Origin: Acidimicrobiaceae bacterium
GTDB lineage: Bacteria; Actinomycetota; Acidimicrobiia; Acidimicrobiales; Ilumatobacteraceae
DNA length: 64,000 nucleotides
NCBI GenBank assembly: GCA_020637235.1
Contig: JACJWG010000015.1
Span: forward strand, 2,557 to 66,556
Direction: 5' to 3'
Of the stretch, positions 32,306-40,654 are shown piece by piece (the stretch's first letter is position 1; each line of letters opens with the position of its first letter). Both the position numbers and the translations under genes were made by a program. The notes beneath the pieces were generated by a model. It was given only the letters and a program-made list of their open reading frames with translations, was not told where the DNA came from and searched no databases.

Positions 32306-32456
32306 GTATCGATCGCTCTCTGTGTGGCTCGAGCCGATGATGCGGCGAGCGGACCGGCGCAACGTAGCGAGGCTGTCTGGACGTCCGGTTGCCGCCGGGT
32401 GAACGGAGGTGGATGCGCGCATGAGCGCGCGAGGAATCGTCGGAGTCGTCGATGGC

Positions 32457-34433
32457 TCAGATGATGGTGAAGGTGAGCACACCGGAGTAGGTGCCGGCGT
32501 CGGCCGAGACCGGGATGAGCAGGTTGATGCGGGCATCCATCACAGCCATGCCGAGACCCGCACCAGCGTTCGCCTTCGACAGCGAGTTCGCCAGCGTGGT
32601 GTTGGTGCTGTTCGACGCATCACCCAGACCAGCCGTCGAGCTCGACGCGACCGGGAGGCGGGTGTCGCCCGCTGCCACCGTCATGTCGTAGCCGTCGAGG
32701 TTCGGGTTCGAGTCCCACGTCACCTCGGGCACCCAACCGAGCAGGTTGCCCGAGAAGCTGTCCGTGCCGCTGTTGAAGTTGCTCATCCGACCGTTCAACG
32801 TCCAGCCAGCATCGATGTCGCGGGTGTCCACGACCGTCAACTGAGCGATCCGACCCGTGCTGCGGAAGTACTGACCAGCCGACGGACCGCTCGTGACCAA
32901 CGAGGCGGTGCCGAGATCGATACCGCAGTTCGTGGCGTACGTCGCGATCGAGTCGCCGCTGCCGTCCACCGGGTACGGATACTGATCGAACAACCCATCA
33001 GGCTGACCAGCCGTCTCGGTCCCGACCGAGCCCACCCCGAACTCTCCCGAAACCTCCGGCAACGCATCCGCAACCGGAGCCGCGCCCATCGCAGCCGGCG
33101 GCACGACGTTCGGAGCCACGCCGGTGGGGTCGGCACCCGCAGTGGCCGCAAGGGCCGGCAACGTCGAGCCGAACAGGGCGTTCGAGTAGGCAGGGGCCGA
33201 ACCATGCACCCCACAGCGCTGCGTCAACACGAGCGCACCCTGCGGACGCACAACCGTGATGTCCTGCACCACGACCTGAGCGTTCACACAGGTGAACGTC
33301 GCCATGCCGGGAACCGTGACCTGACCGTTGCTGTAGTTGCCGACGACCTCGACCACGTAGCTGTCGGGTACCGCGCAGGCCACGCTGATGCTGTTGGTTG
33401 GTGCCGGGAGGGTTTGCGAGGCGATCGGCGCGGCCGAGCCGACGGGCACGAACGTGACCGTGTGGCTCACCAGCGTCGCGCCGCCCACCGGGCTACCGGT
33501 GCTCGGGGTCCACGACACCGTCACCGGGCTCGGACCGCTTGCAACTGCCACGACGGGGCGTGGGGCGAGCCAACCGTGGCACATGCAGACGGCCTGGGCG
33601 GCGGCAGCGGTGCTGCCGGCGTCGTTGGTCGCCGTGGCGACGATGTCGTACACGTCACCGTTGTTCAGACCGGTGAAACTGTAGGTGTACGGACCACCAG
33701 CCGGAATGCTCACCGGAGGCAGCGCCGGGCCAGCCGGGCTGGTCGGAGTCGCCGTCACCGTGTAACCCGTCACCGCAGGCGTCGCCGTCACCGGCGTGAT
33801 CTCACCCGTGATCTCCTGGAAACCGGCATCCGCGGTGAACACCGGAGCGGCCGGCTTGGTGCCGACGACCCAGTTGAGCGACGTGGTCGGGACCGTGTCC
33901 TTCACCGTGATCGTCGTCTCCCAGTACTTCTCCGTACCGGTCGCCGTCTTGTAGCACGCGAACCCGATCTTGTACTGACCATCGACCAGACCAGCAGCCA
34001 GGTTCGTGTTCAGGTTCAACGTCGACGTCCCCGAGATCGTGTACGGCGAGGCGGTGCCGATCGTCGTCTTCGCGATCTGCGGCGAACCCGTCGTCGAGTA
34101 CAACGGCTGGGCGATCGCACCAGCCGGCGCACCCGCCGGCAACTGCGGACCCGACGCAGTCCAGGTGAGCGTGCCCGCATCCACCGACGCCGACGTCAGA
34201 TACTGACCCCACCGGAAACCGTCCACCGAGGCATTCCCCGGGCAACCGTTGTTCGGCGCGGTCAAGGTCAACGAGAACGTCGTCGAGTTCGTACCCGAGT
34301 TCACGCTGATGTTCTGGCCCGGCGTCGCCGGCGTACCCGGAGGCAACGCCGACACACCCCCGACACCAACCACACTCGCCGACACCAGCGCCCCGACCAA
34401 CAGCCACCCCGACCTCGAGCCACGACCCACCAC
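32457..34433 (-). CDS. WxL-type surface protein, paralogue 1 (two-Cys N-domain + FN3-like repeats + C-terminal WxL-like domain)
   Basis: GTG at 34433 with GGAGGT 8 nt upstream, giving a signal-like N-terminus RGSRSGWLLVGALVSASVVGVGGVSA. The C-terminus has DTRDIDAGWTLNGRMSNF...GNLLGWVPEV...AGTYSGVLTFTII. Confidence 0.7.
   Translation of the reverse strand: MVGRGSRSGWLLVGALVSASVVGVGGVSALPPGTPATPGQNISVNSGTNSTTFSLTLTAPNNGCPGNASVDGFRWGQYLTSASVDAGTLTWTASGPQLPAGAPAGAIAQPLYSTTGSPQIAKTTIGTASPYTISGTSTLNLNTNLAAGLVDGQYKIGFACYKTATGTEKYWETTITVKDTVPTTSLNWVVGTKPAAPVFTADAGFQEITGEITPVTATPAVTGYTVTATPTSPAGPALPPVSIPAGGPYTYSFTGLNNGDVYDIVATATNDAGSTAAAAQAVCMCHGWLAPRPVVAVASGPSPVTVSWTPSTGSPVGGATLVSHTVTFVPVGSAAPIASQTLPAPTNSISVACAVPDSYVVEVVGNYSNGQVTVPGMATFTCVNAQVVVQDITVVRPQGALVLTQRCGVHGSAPAYSNALFGSTLPALAATAGADPTGVAPNVVPPAAMGAAPVADALPEVSGEFGVGSVGTETAGQPDGLFDQYPYPVDGSGDSIATYATNCGIDLGTASLVTSGPSAGQYFRSTGRIAQLTVVDTRDIDAGWTLNGRMSNFNSGTDSFSGNLLGWVPEVTWDSNPNLDGYDMTVAAGDTRLPVASSSTAGLGDASNSTNTTLANSLSKANAGAGLGMAVMDARINLLIPVSADAGTYSGVLTFTII
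33228..34357. repeat. 1.13-kb near-identical copy A of the duplicated tract (partner at 35446-36575, offset 2218)
   Basis: Identical embedded ORFs sit at offset 2218 (33388..33684 = 35606..35902; 34006..34206 = 36224..36424). I saw one mismatch (34275 vs 36493). Both tract boundaries are sharp. Confidence 0.85.
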
Positions 34434-34547
34434 GACACAGCACCTCCGACGAGAACCACTCCCCCACACCACAGCACCCGCACCGATCACCCGCCACCAC
34501 ACGACGATGGACGTTGGATGAACAACGGACCACACCCGAAAACGTGA

Positions 34548-34586
34548 CCGGCGGTGTGGGGCGCAAGGATCGCCCCACACCGCCGG
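34548..34586 (-). terminator. strong hairpin (16-bp perfect stem CCGGCGGTGTGGGGCG / CGCCCCACACCGCCGG, 7-nt loop) followed on the minus strand by a TTTT tract
   Basis: Read directly. Located about 65 nt downstream of the WxL paralogue-2 stop, between the two paralogues. Confidence 0.6.
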
Positions 34587-34650
34587 CCGGTGTCAGCACA
34601 TGACAACTGTGCGATTCAGATGTGAACCGTCACCGCTGCCTGATCGAGGA

Positions 34651-36657
34651 TCAGACGATGGTGAACGTGAGCACACCCTTGTAGGTGCCGGCGTCTGCCG
34701 AGACCGGGATCAACAGGTTGATCCGGGCATCCATCACAGCCATACCCAGACCTGCACCAACATTGGCCTTCGACAGCGAGTTTGCCAGCGTGGTGTTCGC
34801 CGGGTCCTGAGCGCCGAGACCGGCCGCCGAGGTCGACGCGACCGGCAAGCGCTCACCGCCCGCCGTGACGGTCATGTCATAGCCGTCGAGGTTCGGGTTC
34901 GAGTCCCACGTTACCTCGGGCACCCAACCGAGCAGGTTGCCCGAGAACTTCTCCGTCGCGGCGGTGTTGCCACCGAGGAAGAAGTCGCCCATCCGACCGT
35001 TCAACGTCCAGCCGGCGTCAGCGTCGCGGGTGTCCACGACGGTCAGCTGAGCGATCCGACCGGTGCTGCGGAAGTACTGACCAGCCGACGGACCGCTCGT
35101 GATCAGGCGAGCCTGCTCGAGAGTGATGCCGCAGTTGGTCGGGTAGGTGGCGATCGAGTCACCGTTGCCGTCCACCGGGTACGGGTACTGGTTGAACAGC
35201 ACGTCACCCGCACCAGGGGCGGTTTGCTGGCCGAGCGGGCCGACCGGGTTGGTCCCGAACGAGTTCGGGTCCGCAGCAGCGTCGTCACCCACCGGAGCCG
35301 TGCCCACCGCTGCCGGCGGCAGGATGTTCGGAGCCGTGCCGGTCGGATCGGCATCCGTGGTCGCCGTCAGAGCCGGGAACTGCGGGCCGAACAGGGCATT
35401 CGAGTACGCCGGGGCCGAGCCGTGCACGCCGCAGCGCTGGGTGAGCACGAGCGCACCCTGCGGACGCACAACCGTGATGTCCTGCACCACGACCTGAGCG
35501 TTCACACAGGTGAACGTCGCCATGCCGGGAACCGTGACCTGACCGTTGCTGTAGTTGCCGACGACCTCGACCACGTAGCTGTCGGGTACCGCGCAGGCCA
35601 CGCTGATGCTGTTGGTTGGTGCCGGGAGGGTTTGCGAGGCGATCGGCGCGGCCGAGCCGACGGGCACGAACGTGACCGTGTGGCTCACCAGCGTCGCGCC
35701 GCCCACCGGGCTACCGGTGCTCGGGGTCCACGACACCGTCACCGGGCTCGGACCGCTTGCAACTGCCACGACGGGGCGTGGGGCGAGCCAACCGTGGCAC
35801 ATGCAGACGGCCTGGGCGGCGGCAGCGGTGCTGCCGGCGTCGTTGGTCGCCGTGGCGACGATGTCGTACACGTCACCGTTGTTCAGACCGGTGAAACTGT
35901 AGGTGTACGGACCACCAGCCGGAATGCTCACCGGAGGCAGCGCCGGGCCAGCCGGGCTGGTCGGAGTCGCCGTCACCGTGTAACCCGTCACCGCAGGCGT
36001 CGCCGTCACCGGCGTGATCTCACCCGTGATCTCCTGGAAACCGGCATCCGCGGTGAACACCGGAGCGGCCGGCTTGGTGCCGACGACCCAGTTGAGCGAC
36101 GTGGTCGGGACCGTGTCCTTCACCGTGATCGTCGTCTCCCAGTACTTCTCCGTACCGGTCGCCGTCTTGTAGCACGCGAACCCGATCTTGTACTGACCAT
36201 CGACCAGACCAGCAGCCAGGTTCGTGTTCAGGTTCAACGTCGACGTCCCCGAGATCGTGTACGGCGAGGCGGTGCCGATCGTCGTCTTCGCGATCTGCGG
36301 CGAACCCGTCGTCGAGTACAACGGCTGGGCGATCGCACCAGCCGGCGCACCCGCCGGCAACTGCGGACCCGACGCAGTCCAGGTGAGCGTGCCCGCATCC
36401 ACCGACGCCGACGTCAGATACTGACCCCACCGGAAACCGTCCACCGAGGCATTCCCCGGGCAACCGTTGTTCGGCGCGGTCAAGGTCAACGAAAACGTCG
36501 TCGAGTTCGTACCCGAGTTCACGCTGATGTTCTGGCCCGGCGTCGCCGGCGTACCCGGAGGCAACGCCGACACACTCCCGGTGCCGAAGACGCTCACCGA
36601 CGCGGCGGCTGCGAGTGCCGTCGTGATGGCGAGCGAACGCTTCATGTTGATACGCAT
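34651..36657 (-). CDS. WxL-type surface protein, paralogue 2
   Basis: 668 aa with a classical signal peptide MRINMKRSLAITTALAAAASVSVFGTGSVSA. Same architecture as paralogue 1. The C-terminus is ...GWTLNGRMGDF...GNLLGWVPEV...AGTYKGVLTFTIV. Confidence 0.8.
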   Translation of the reverse strand: MRINMKRSLAITTALAAAASVSVFGTGSVSALPPGTPATPGQNISVNSGTNSTTFSLTLTAPNNGCPGNASVDGFRWGQYLTSASVDAGTLTWTASGPQLPAGAPAGAIAQPLYSTTGSPQIAKTTIGTASPYTISGTSTLNLNTNLAAGLVDGQYKIGFACYKTATGTEKYWETTITVKDTVPTTSLNWVVGTKPAAPVFTADAGFQEITGEITPVTATPAVTGYTVTATPTSPAGPALPPVSIPAGGPYTYSFTGLNNGDVYDIVATATNDAGSTAAAAQAVCMCHGWLAPRPVVAVASGPSPVTVSWTPSTGSPVGGATLVSHTVTFVPVGSAAPIASQTLPAPTNSISVACAVPDSYVVEVVGNYSNGQVTVPGMATFTCVNAQVVVQDITVVRPQGALVLTQRCGVHGSAPAYSNALFGPQFPALTATTDADPTGTAPNILPPAAVGTAPVGDDAAADPNSFGTNPVGPLGQQTAPGAGDVLFNQYPYPVDGNGDSIATYPTNCGITLEQARLITSGPSAGQYFRSTGRIAQLTVVDTRDADAGWTLNGRMGDFFLGGNTAATEKFSGNLLGWVPEVTWDSNPNLDGYDMTVTAGGERLPVASTSAAGLGAQDPANTTLANSLSKANVGAGLGMAVMDARINLLIPVSADAGTYKGVLTFTIV
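35446..36575. repeat. 1.13-kb near-identical copy B of the duplicated tract
   Basis: See 33228-34357. Confidence 0.85.
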
Positions 36658-36698
36658 GATGTTTGATTCGTTCCTTCTGTGGTGGTTCGAGGGGAGGC

Positions 36699-37889
36699 TC
36701 AGAGCTGACCCGAGACGAGGTCACCGGTGATGGTGGTGACGCCGCAGTCGGGGGCGACGAGGAAGCCGAAGGTGTTGATGGTCGCGGTGGCCTGGCAGAT
36801 CTGCGAGGTCGGTCCGACGAACAGGTCCTTCAGGTCGGCGTTGCCGAAGCCGGTGATGATGCCGGTCGGGAACACGTTGTAGATGCGGCGACCGAACACC
36901 GAGTCGGCGAAGAACGTCGCGTTCGGGGCCAGGTTCGGGGCGGTGCCGGTGATCGGCGAACCGAGGTTGGTGCCCGAACCGTTGTTGCTCACCGAGCCGA
37001 TGAGCACCTCGGCCGGCGGGGTGGGCACGGCGACGCCGTTCGACTTGGCGATGTAGGCGCCAGCCGAGAAGCCGATCACGACCTGGCTGTTGGCCTCACC
37101 GGCCAGCGCGACGAGGGCGTCTCCGGCGGCCTTGAGCTCCACCGCGTTGTTCTCCTGCAGGCGGCCGTTCGGCTGGCTGCCGGCGTTGAGGCTGCGGCAC
37201 AGCGTGGTGGCGCTGGCCTCGTCGCTGACGCTCACACCTGCAGCGGTGTTCCAGAAGGCGTAGGTACCCGAGCCATCCTGGATGCCACAGGGCACCATGC
37301 GGACGCCACCGATCTCCTGCGGGCCCGTGGTGAACAGCGCGTCGAGCTCGGCGCGGGTCATCGTGGTGACCGGCGAACCGGCCGGACGATAGACCGCGAA
37401 GCTGATGCCGTCACGTGCGAACGGGATGTAGGTCAGCGCACCCGAGTTGCCCGAGGGACCCGACGACGAGCGGGCGAAGTCGACCAGACCCGAGACGTCG
37501 GCGATGCCGCACTCGGCGCTGCCGTAGCCGGTGCCGTCCTGCGCGCGGCTGAGCGCACGGCGGCCCTGGGTCGAACCGTTGGGGCGGGTGAAGGTCGGCG
37601 CACCGATCTTCGGGGTGACGCAGTTGTCGGCGGCGCCGGCCGGAGGCGTGGCGTCGAACGAGATGACCTGACGACCACCGGTCGCGGCCGAGCTCTGGAT
37701 CGGCGTGTACAGGATGCCGTTGGACTTGCCCGCCAGGGCGTTCAGCACGTCCTGGCTCGTGTCGGAGCCGAAGCCCGCAAGTGCGCCGAACTGGGCGGGG
37801 TCGGCGCTCGCCGATCCCACCATCGTGCTGGCTGCCAGCGCCGTGGCGACGAGGCCGAAGCCGAGCCGCTTCTTCTTGGAAATGAACAT
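36699..37889 (-). CDS. secreted PstS-fold (PBP-like type 2) substrate-binding-domain protein
   Basis: ATG at 37889 gives the signal peptide MFISKKKRLGFGLVATALAASTMVGSASA. GSDTSQDVLNALAG, FARSSSGPS, IPFARDGISFAV and GSGTYAFW resemble the phosphate-binding-protein superfamily. Confidence 0.65.
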   Translation of the reverse strand: MFISKKKRLGFGLVATALAASTMVGSASADPAQFGALAGFGSDTSQDVLNALAGKSNGILYTPIQSSAATGGRQVISFDATPPAGAADNCVTPKIGAPTFTRPNGSTQGRRALSRAQDGTGYGSAECGIADVSGLVDFARSSSGPSGNSGALTYIPFARDGISFAVYRPAGSPVTTMTRAELDALFTTGPQEIGGVRMVPCGIQDGSGTYAFWNTAAGVSVSDEASATTLCRSLNAGSQPNGRLQENNAVELKAAGDALVALAGEANSQVVIGFSAGAYIAKSNGVAVPTPPAEVLIGSVSNNGSGTNLGSPITGTAPNLAPNATFFADSVFGRRIYNVFPTGIITGFGNADLKDLFVGPTSQICQATATINTFGFLVAPDCGVTTITGDLVSGQL

Positions 37890-38153
37890 GTTCTGGACGA
37901 TCCCTTCGATCGGTTGTTCTCCGCCCACTCGCTGAGTGGCGGGGGGATCGTGACAGGGCGAACTTTCGTCCAGTTGGCCTCAAGATGAACACAGACAGTG
38001 ATTTCGAAGTGTTCATCTCCGCGTCGTGCAGCGCTCAACCAACCACCACCGTCCCGTCGTCTCGTGCCGGAGCACGCGTCGCGCGACGCGCTAGGGCATG
38101 CACACGCGACGATGACCCGATGCCATCCAGGCGCACCGGGTCATTGAGATCAG

Positions 38154-38171
38154 GTCGAGCAATTGCTCGAC
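38154..38171 (-). terminator. perfect 18-nt palindrome GTCGAGCAATTGCTCGAC 8 nt after the pstB stop
   Basis: Read directly. It forms a 7-bp stem with an AATT loop and has no U tract. It is followed by a ~260-nt lower-GC noncoding region. Confidence 0.4.
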
Positions 38172-38178
38172 TTCGTGG

Positions 38179-39654
38179 TCAGCCGAAACGACCGTTGACG
38201 TAGTCGAAGGTTCGCGGGTCCTGTGGGTCCTCGAACATCAGGTTGGTGGGGCCGTGCTCGACGATCACGCCTGGCGTGCCCTGCTCGGCGAGGAAGAACG
38301 CACAATGGTCCGACACGCGGTTCGCTTGTTGCATGTTGTGGGTGACGATCACGATCGTCACTTCGGAGACGATCTGCATGATCGTCTCCTCGATCCGTCG
38401 GGTCGACGTGGGGTCGAGTGCGGAGCACGGCTCGTCCATCAACAGCACACGCGGTGTCAGCGCCAGCGCCCGAGCGATGCAGAGTCGCTGTTGCTGGCCA
38501 CCGCTCAAGCCGCCACCTGGTTGCCTCAGTCGGTCCTTCACCTCGTTCCAGAGTCCGGCCTTGGTGAGGCACGACTCGACGATCTCGTCCTTCAGCGACG
38601 GGCTCGCCTTCACGCCGGTGAGCCGGAAGCTCGCGAGGACGTTGTCGTAGATCGACATCGCCGGGAACGGATTGGGTTTCTGAAACACCATGCCCACCTC
38701 CCGACGTGCGTCGGTGAGCTTGCGTTCCGGGTCGTAGATGTCGTGTCCGTCGACGAGGACCTGCCCGCCCATCTGGGCGCCGGGGATCATCTCGTGCATG
38801 CGGTTCAGGATCCGCAAGAACGTCGACTTGCCGCACCCGGACGGACCGATGAGCGCGGTCACCCTGCCCGGCTCCATCGTCAGCGACACACGGTCGAGCA
38901 CCAACCGAGAGCCGAACCACGCCGAGATGTTGCGGGCGTCGATGCCGGCGAGCGCCTGGTTCGGCGGTGTGAGGTCTGCCATCGACATCGCTTGTGAACG
39001 ACGGCCACGGCGGCCTGGCGTCTCCCCGCCGACGGACGCCGGCGCCAGCGGCCCCGGGGCGGTGCGTCGCGGCACCGTGTCGAACCCGAGATCCGGCTGG
39101 ACGACGAACGCACCGTTCGGCGGCGGCGGGGCGCCGAACACCAGCTCGTCGGTGAGCGGCAGCGAACCCGGCTCGTTCGTCACCGTGATGGGCGCGATCA
39201 GCGTCGGAGGCGGCGGCGCGAACTGGACCGCCGACGGCCACCCCGCCTCCGGCATCGAGACGGGTGCGGCGATGGCAGCCCGCTGATGGCGGACGTGCAC
39301 GCGGTGCATCCCGTCGAACAAGCCGCGGAACTCCGCGACACGGTCGGCCGGCACCGTGACGCCGAAGTCGGGGATGTCCGGCACCACCATGATCGACCAC
39401 GTGCCGTTGGATGCGTGCACGATGGCCTCGAGGTCGTCGAGGTGCCACGCCCACACGTCGTCGCCAACGTCGGCGACCACCCGCCGGTTCGTGACCGTCA
39501 CCTCGGCCGGCTGCAGCTCGACGACCATCGAGTCGGGATCGTCGGGCTGGCCGTGCACCACCTGGACGACCGCAGCGCCCGGGAACCGAGCGAAGGTGGT
39601 CTCTCCGGTGGGCCCGTCGGTCGGCGGGCGCATCGAGGGCGGATCGATGGTCAT
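38179..39654 (-). CDS. pstB: phosphate ABC transporter ATP-binding protein PstB with 222-aa N-terminal extension
   Basis: The C-terminal 269 aa (from MSMADL, codon at 38988) are canonical PstB: GPSGCGKSTFLR, MVFQKPNPFP, LSGGQQQRLCIARAL, LLMDEPCSALDP, THNMQQA. The upstream 222 codons are in the same frame without a stop and show the same strong third-position GC bias. Confidence 0.85.
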   Translation of the reverse strand: MTIDPPSMRPPTDGPTGETTFARFPGAAVVQVVHGQPDDPDSMVVELQPAEVTVTNRRVVADVGDDVWAWHLDDLEAIVHASNGTWSIMVVPDIPDFGVTVPADRVAEFRGLFDGMHRVHVRHQRAAIAAPVSMPEAGWPSAVQFAPPPPTLIAPITVTNEPGSLPLTDELVFGAPPPPNGAFVVQPDLGFDTVPRRTAPGPLAPASVGGETPGRRGRRSQAMSMADLTPPNQALAGIDARNISAWFGSRLVLDRVSLTMEPGRVTALIGPSGCGKSTFLRILNRMHEMIPGAQMGGQVLVDGHDIYDPERKLTDARREVGMVFQKPNPFPAMSIYDNVLASFRLTGVKASPSLKDEIVESCLTKAGLWNEVKDRLRQPGGGLSGGQQQRLCIARALALTPRVLLMDEPCSALDPTSTRRIEETIMQIVSEVTIVIVTHNMQQANRVSDHCAFFLAEQGTPGVIVEHGPTNLMFEDPQDPRTFDYVNGRFG

Positions 39655-39691
39655 GTGGTCGGTTCTCCTCGGTCGTCGCAGCGGCGAGCGA

Positions 39692-40654
39692 TCACGTCAG
39701 GTTCGGGAGCAGTTTGGCGATCTCCGCGCTCGCGCTGATGCCGACGAGCGTGAGGGGCGGCGTGAACACGATCCACGCCTGCGCACGTCCCCAACGAGTC
39801 CATGCCCAGATCGCAAGGACGGAGAGCACGGTGAGCGCCTGCATCCACAACGCCAGCGCCCACACGGTGTCGGTCTGATTGCCCATGGCGCGTTCGTGCT
39901 CGCCGAGCGCAGCAGCACTGATGGCGCGTGCGTCTCCCACGACCGCTTGGCCGACGAGATCGGCGTCGACACGGAGCACGCCGCTCGACAGGAACGGTGA
40001 TCCATCGGCGGTGACGAGCATCAGTCGAGATCCGCCGGCAGGCGCTGCGGGCGGCAGAGGGTCCCCGGCTCGTCGCACGCCGATCACTGCGTACTCGAAG
40101 GTGCCTTGGCCGGTCGTCACGACGATCCGGTCGTCGACTCGGAGATCGCCGAGGTCGTCGAAGGGTCCGCCATAGGTGGAGGCCCGTCCGAACAGCACCG
40201 TCGATCCGACCTGTCCGGGAAGCTGCGTGTCCCGGCGGTGCCCCGGACCGTCGAACAGCACCTCGGCCGAGGTGCCTTCGGCGACGATCGTCTCGAGCCC
40301 GATCGCGCGGATCTCCATGTACGCCACCGGCGTTCCGTCGGCGAGCTCGACGCCGTCTGCGTCGGCTGGACCGATCGGGGCAGTGCCCTGGGCCAGCTCT
40401 GATCGGAACTCGTTGTACATGCGCGTCTGCGCAGAGCGCTGCTGGAGCCCGCTCACGAGACCGAGGTGCAGCAGCAGTGACACCGACAACACGAGGGCCA
40501 TGATCAGCATCGCCCGGACCAACTGAAGTCGAGGGCTGAGAGGCGGGATGCCGCTGCGTTCGTGCCGTTCGCTGACCGGCGCGAACCGCCGACGGCTCCC
40601 GCCCCTGCCTCCGCCGTCGCCACGGCCTCGGGCGACGGCCGTCGCGGCGGTCAT
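39692..40654 (-). CDS. sortase-fold protein lacking catalytic His and Cys (pseudo-sortase), extra C-terminal TM segments
   Basis: 320 aa. The ATG overlaps the upstream stop (ATGA). Sortase-like GPGHRRDTQLPGQVGSTVLFGRASTYGGPF (expected ..AGHR..) and RLMLVTADGSPF (expected ..TLxTC..). The conserved Arg is kept in LRVDADLVG. Confidence 0.65.
   Translation of the reverse strand: MTAATAVARGRGDGGGRGGSRRRFAPVSERHERSGIPPLSPRLQLVRAMLIMALVLSVSLLLHLGLVSGLQQRSAQTRMYNEFRSELAQGTAPIGPADADGVELADGTPVAYMEIRAIGLETIVAEGTSAEVLFDGPGHRRDTQLPGQVGSTVLFGRASTYGGPFDDLGDLRVDDRIVVTTGQGTFEYAVIGVRRAGDPLPPAAPAGGSRLMLVTADGSPFLSSGVLRVDADLVGQAVVGDARAISAAALGEHERAMGNQTDTVWALALWMQALTVLSVLAIWAWTRWGRAQAWIVFTPPLTLVGISASAEIAKLLPNLT

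Noticed and set aside
37984-38017. Inverted repeat GATGAACAC-N16-GTGTTCATC upstream of the third PstS-fold gene as a PhoP (PHO) box
   Set aside because: Only the GTTCA core resembles actinobacterial PHO boxes. Those boxes are direct 11-nt repeats, not an inverted pair. I cannot support the call from sequence alone, but it is worth testing if phosphate regulation is examined.
38989-39654. Separate small gene upstream of pstB instead of a fusion
   Set aside because: There is no stop codon between the ATG at 39654 and the PstB core in this frame. The other two minus frames give only Arg-rich nonsense, so a separate in-frame gene cannot terminate.
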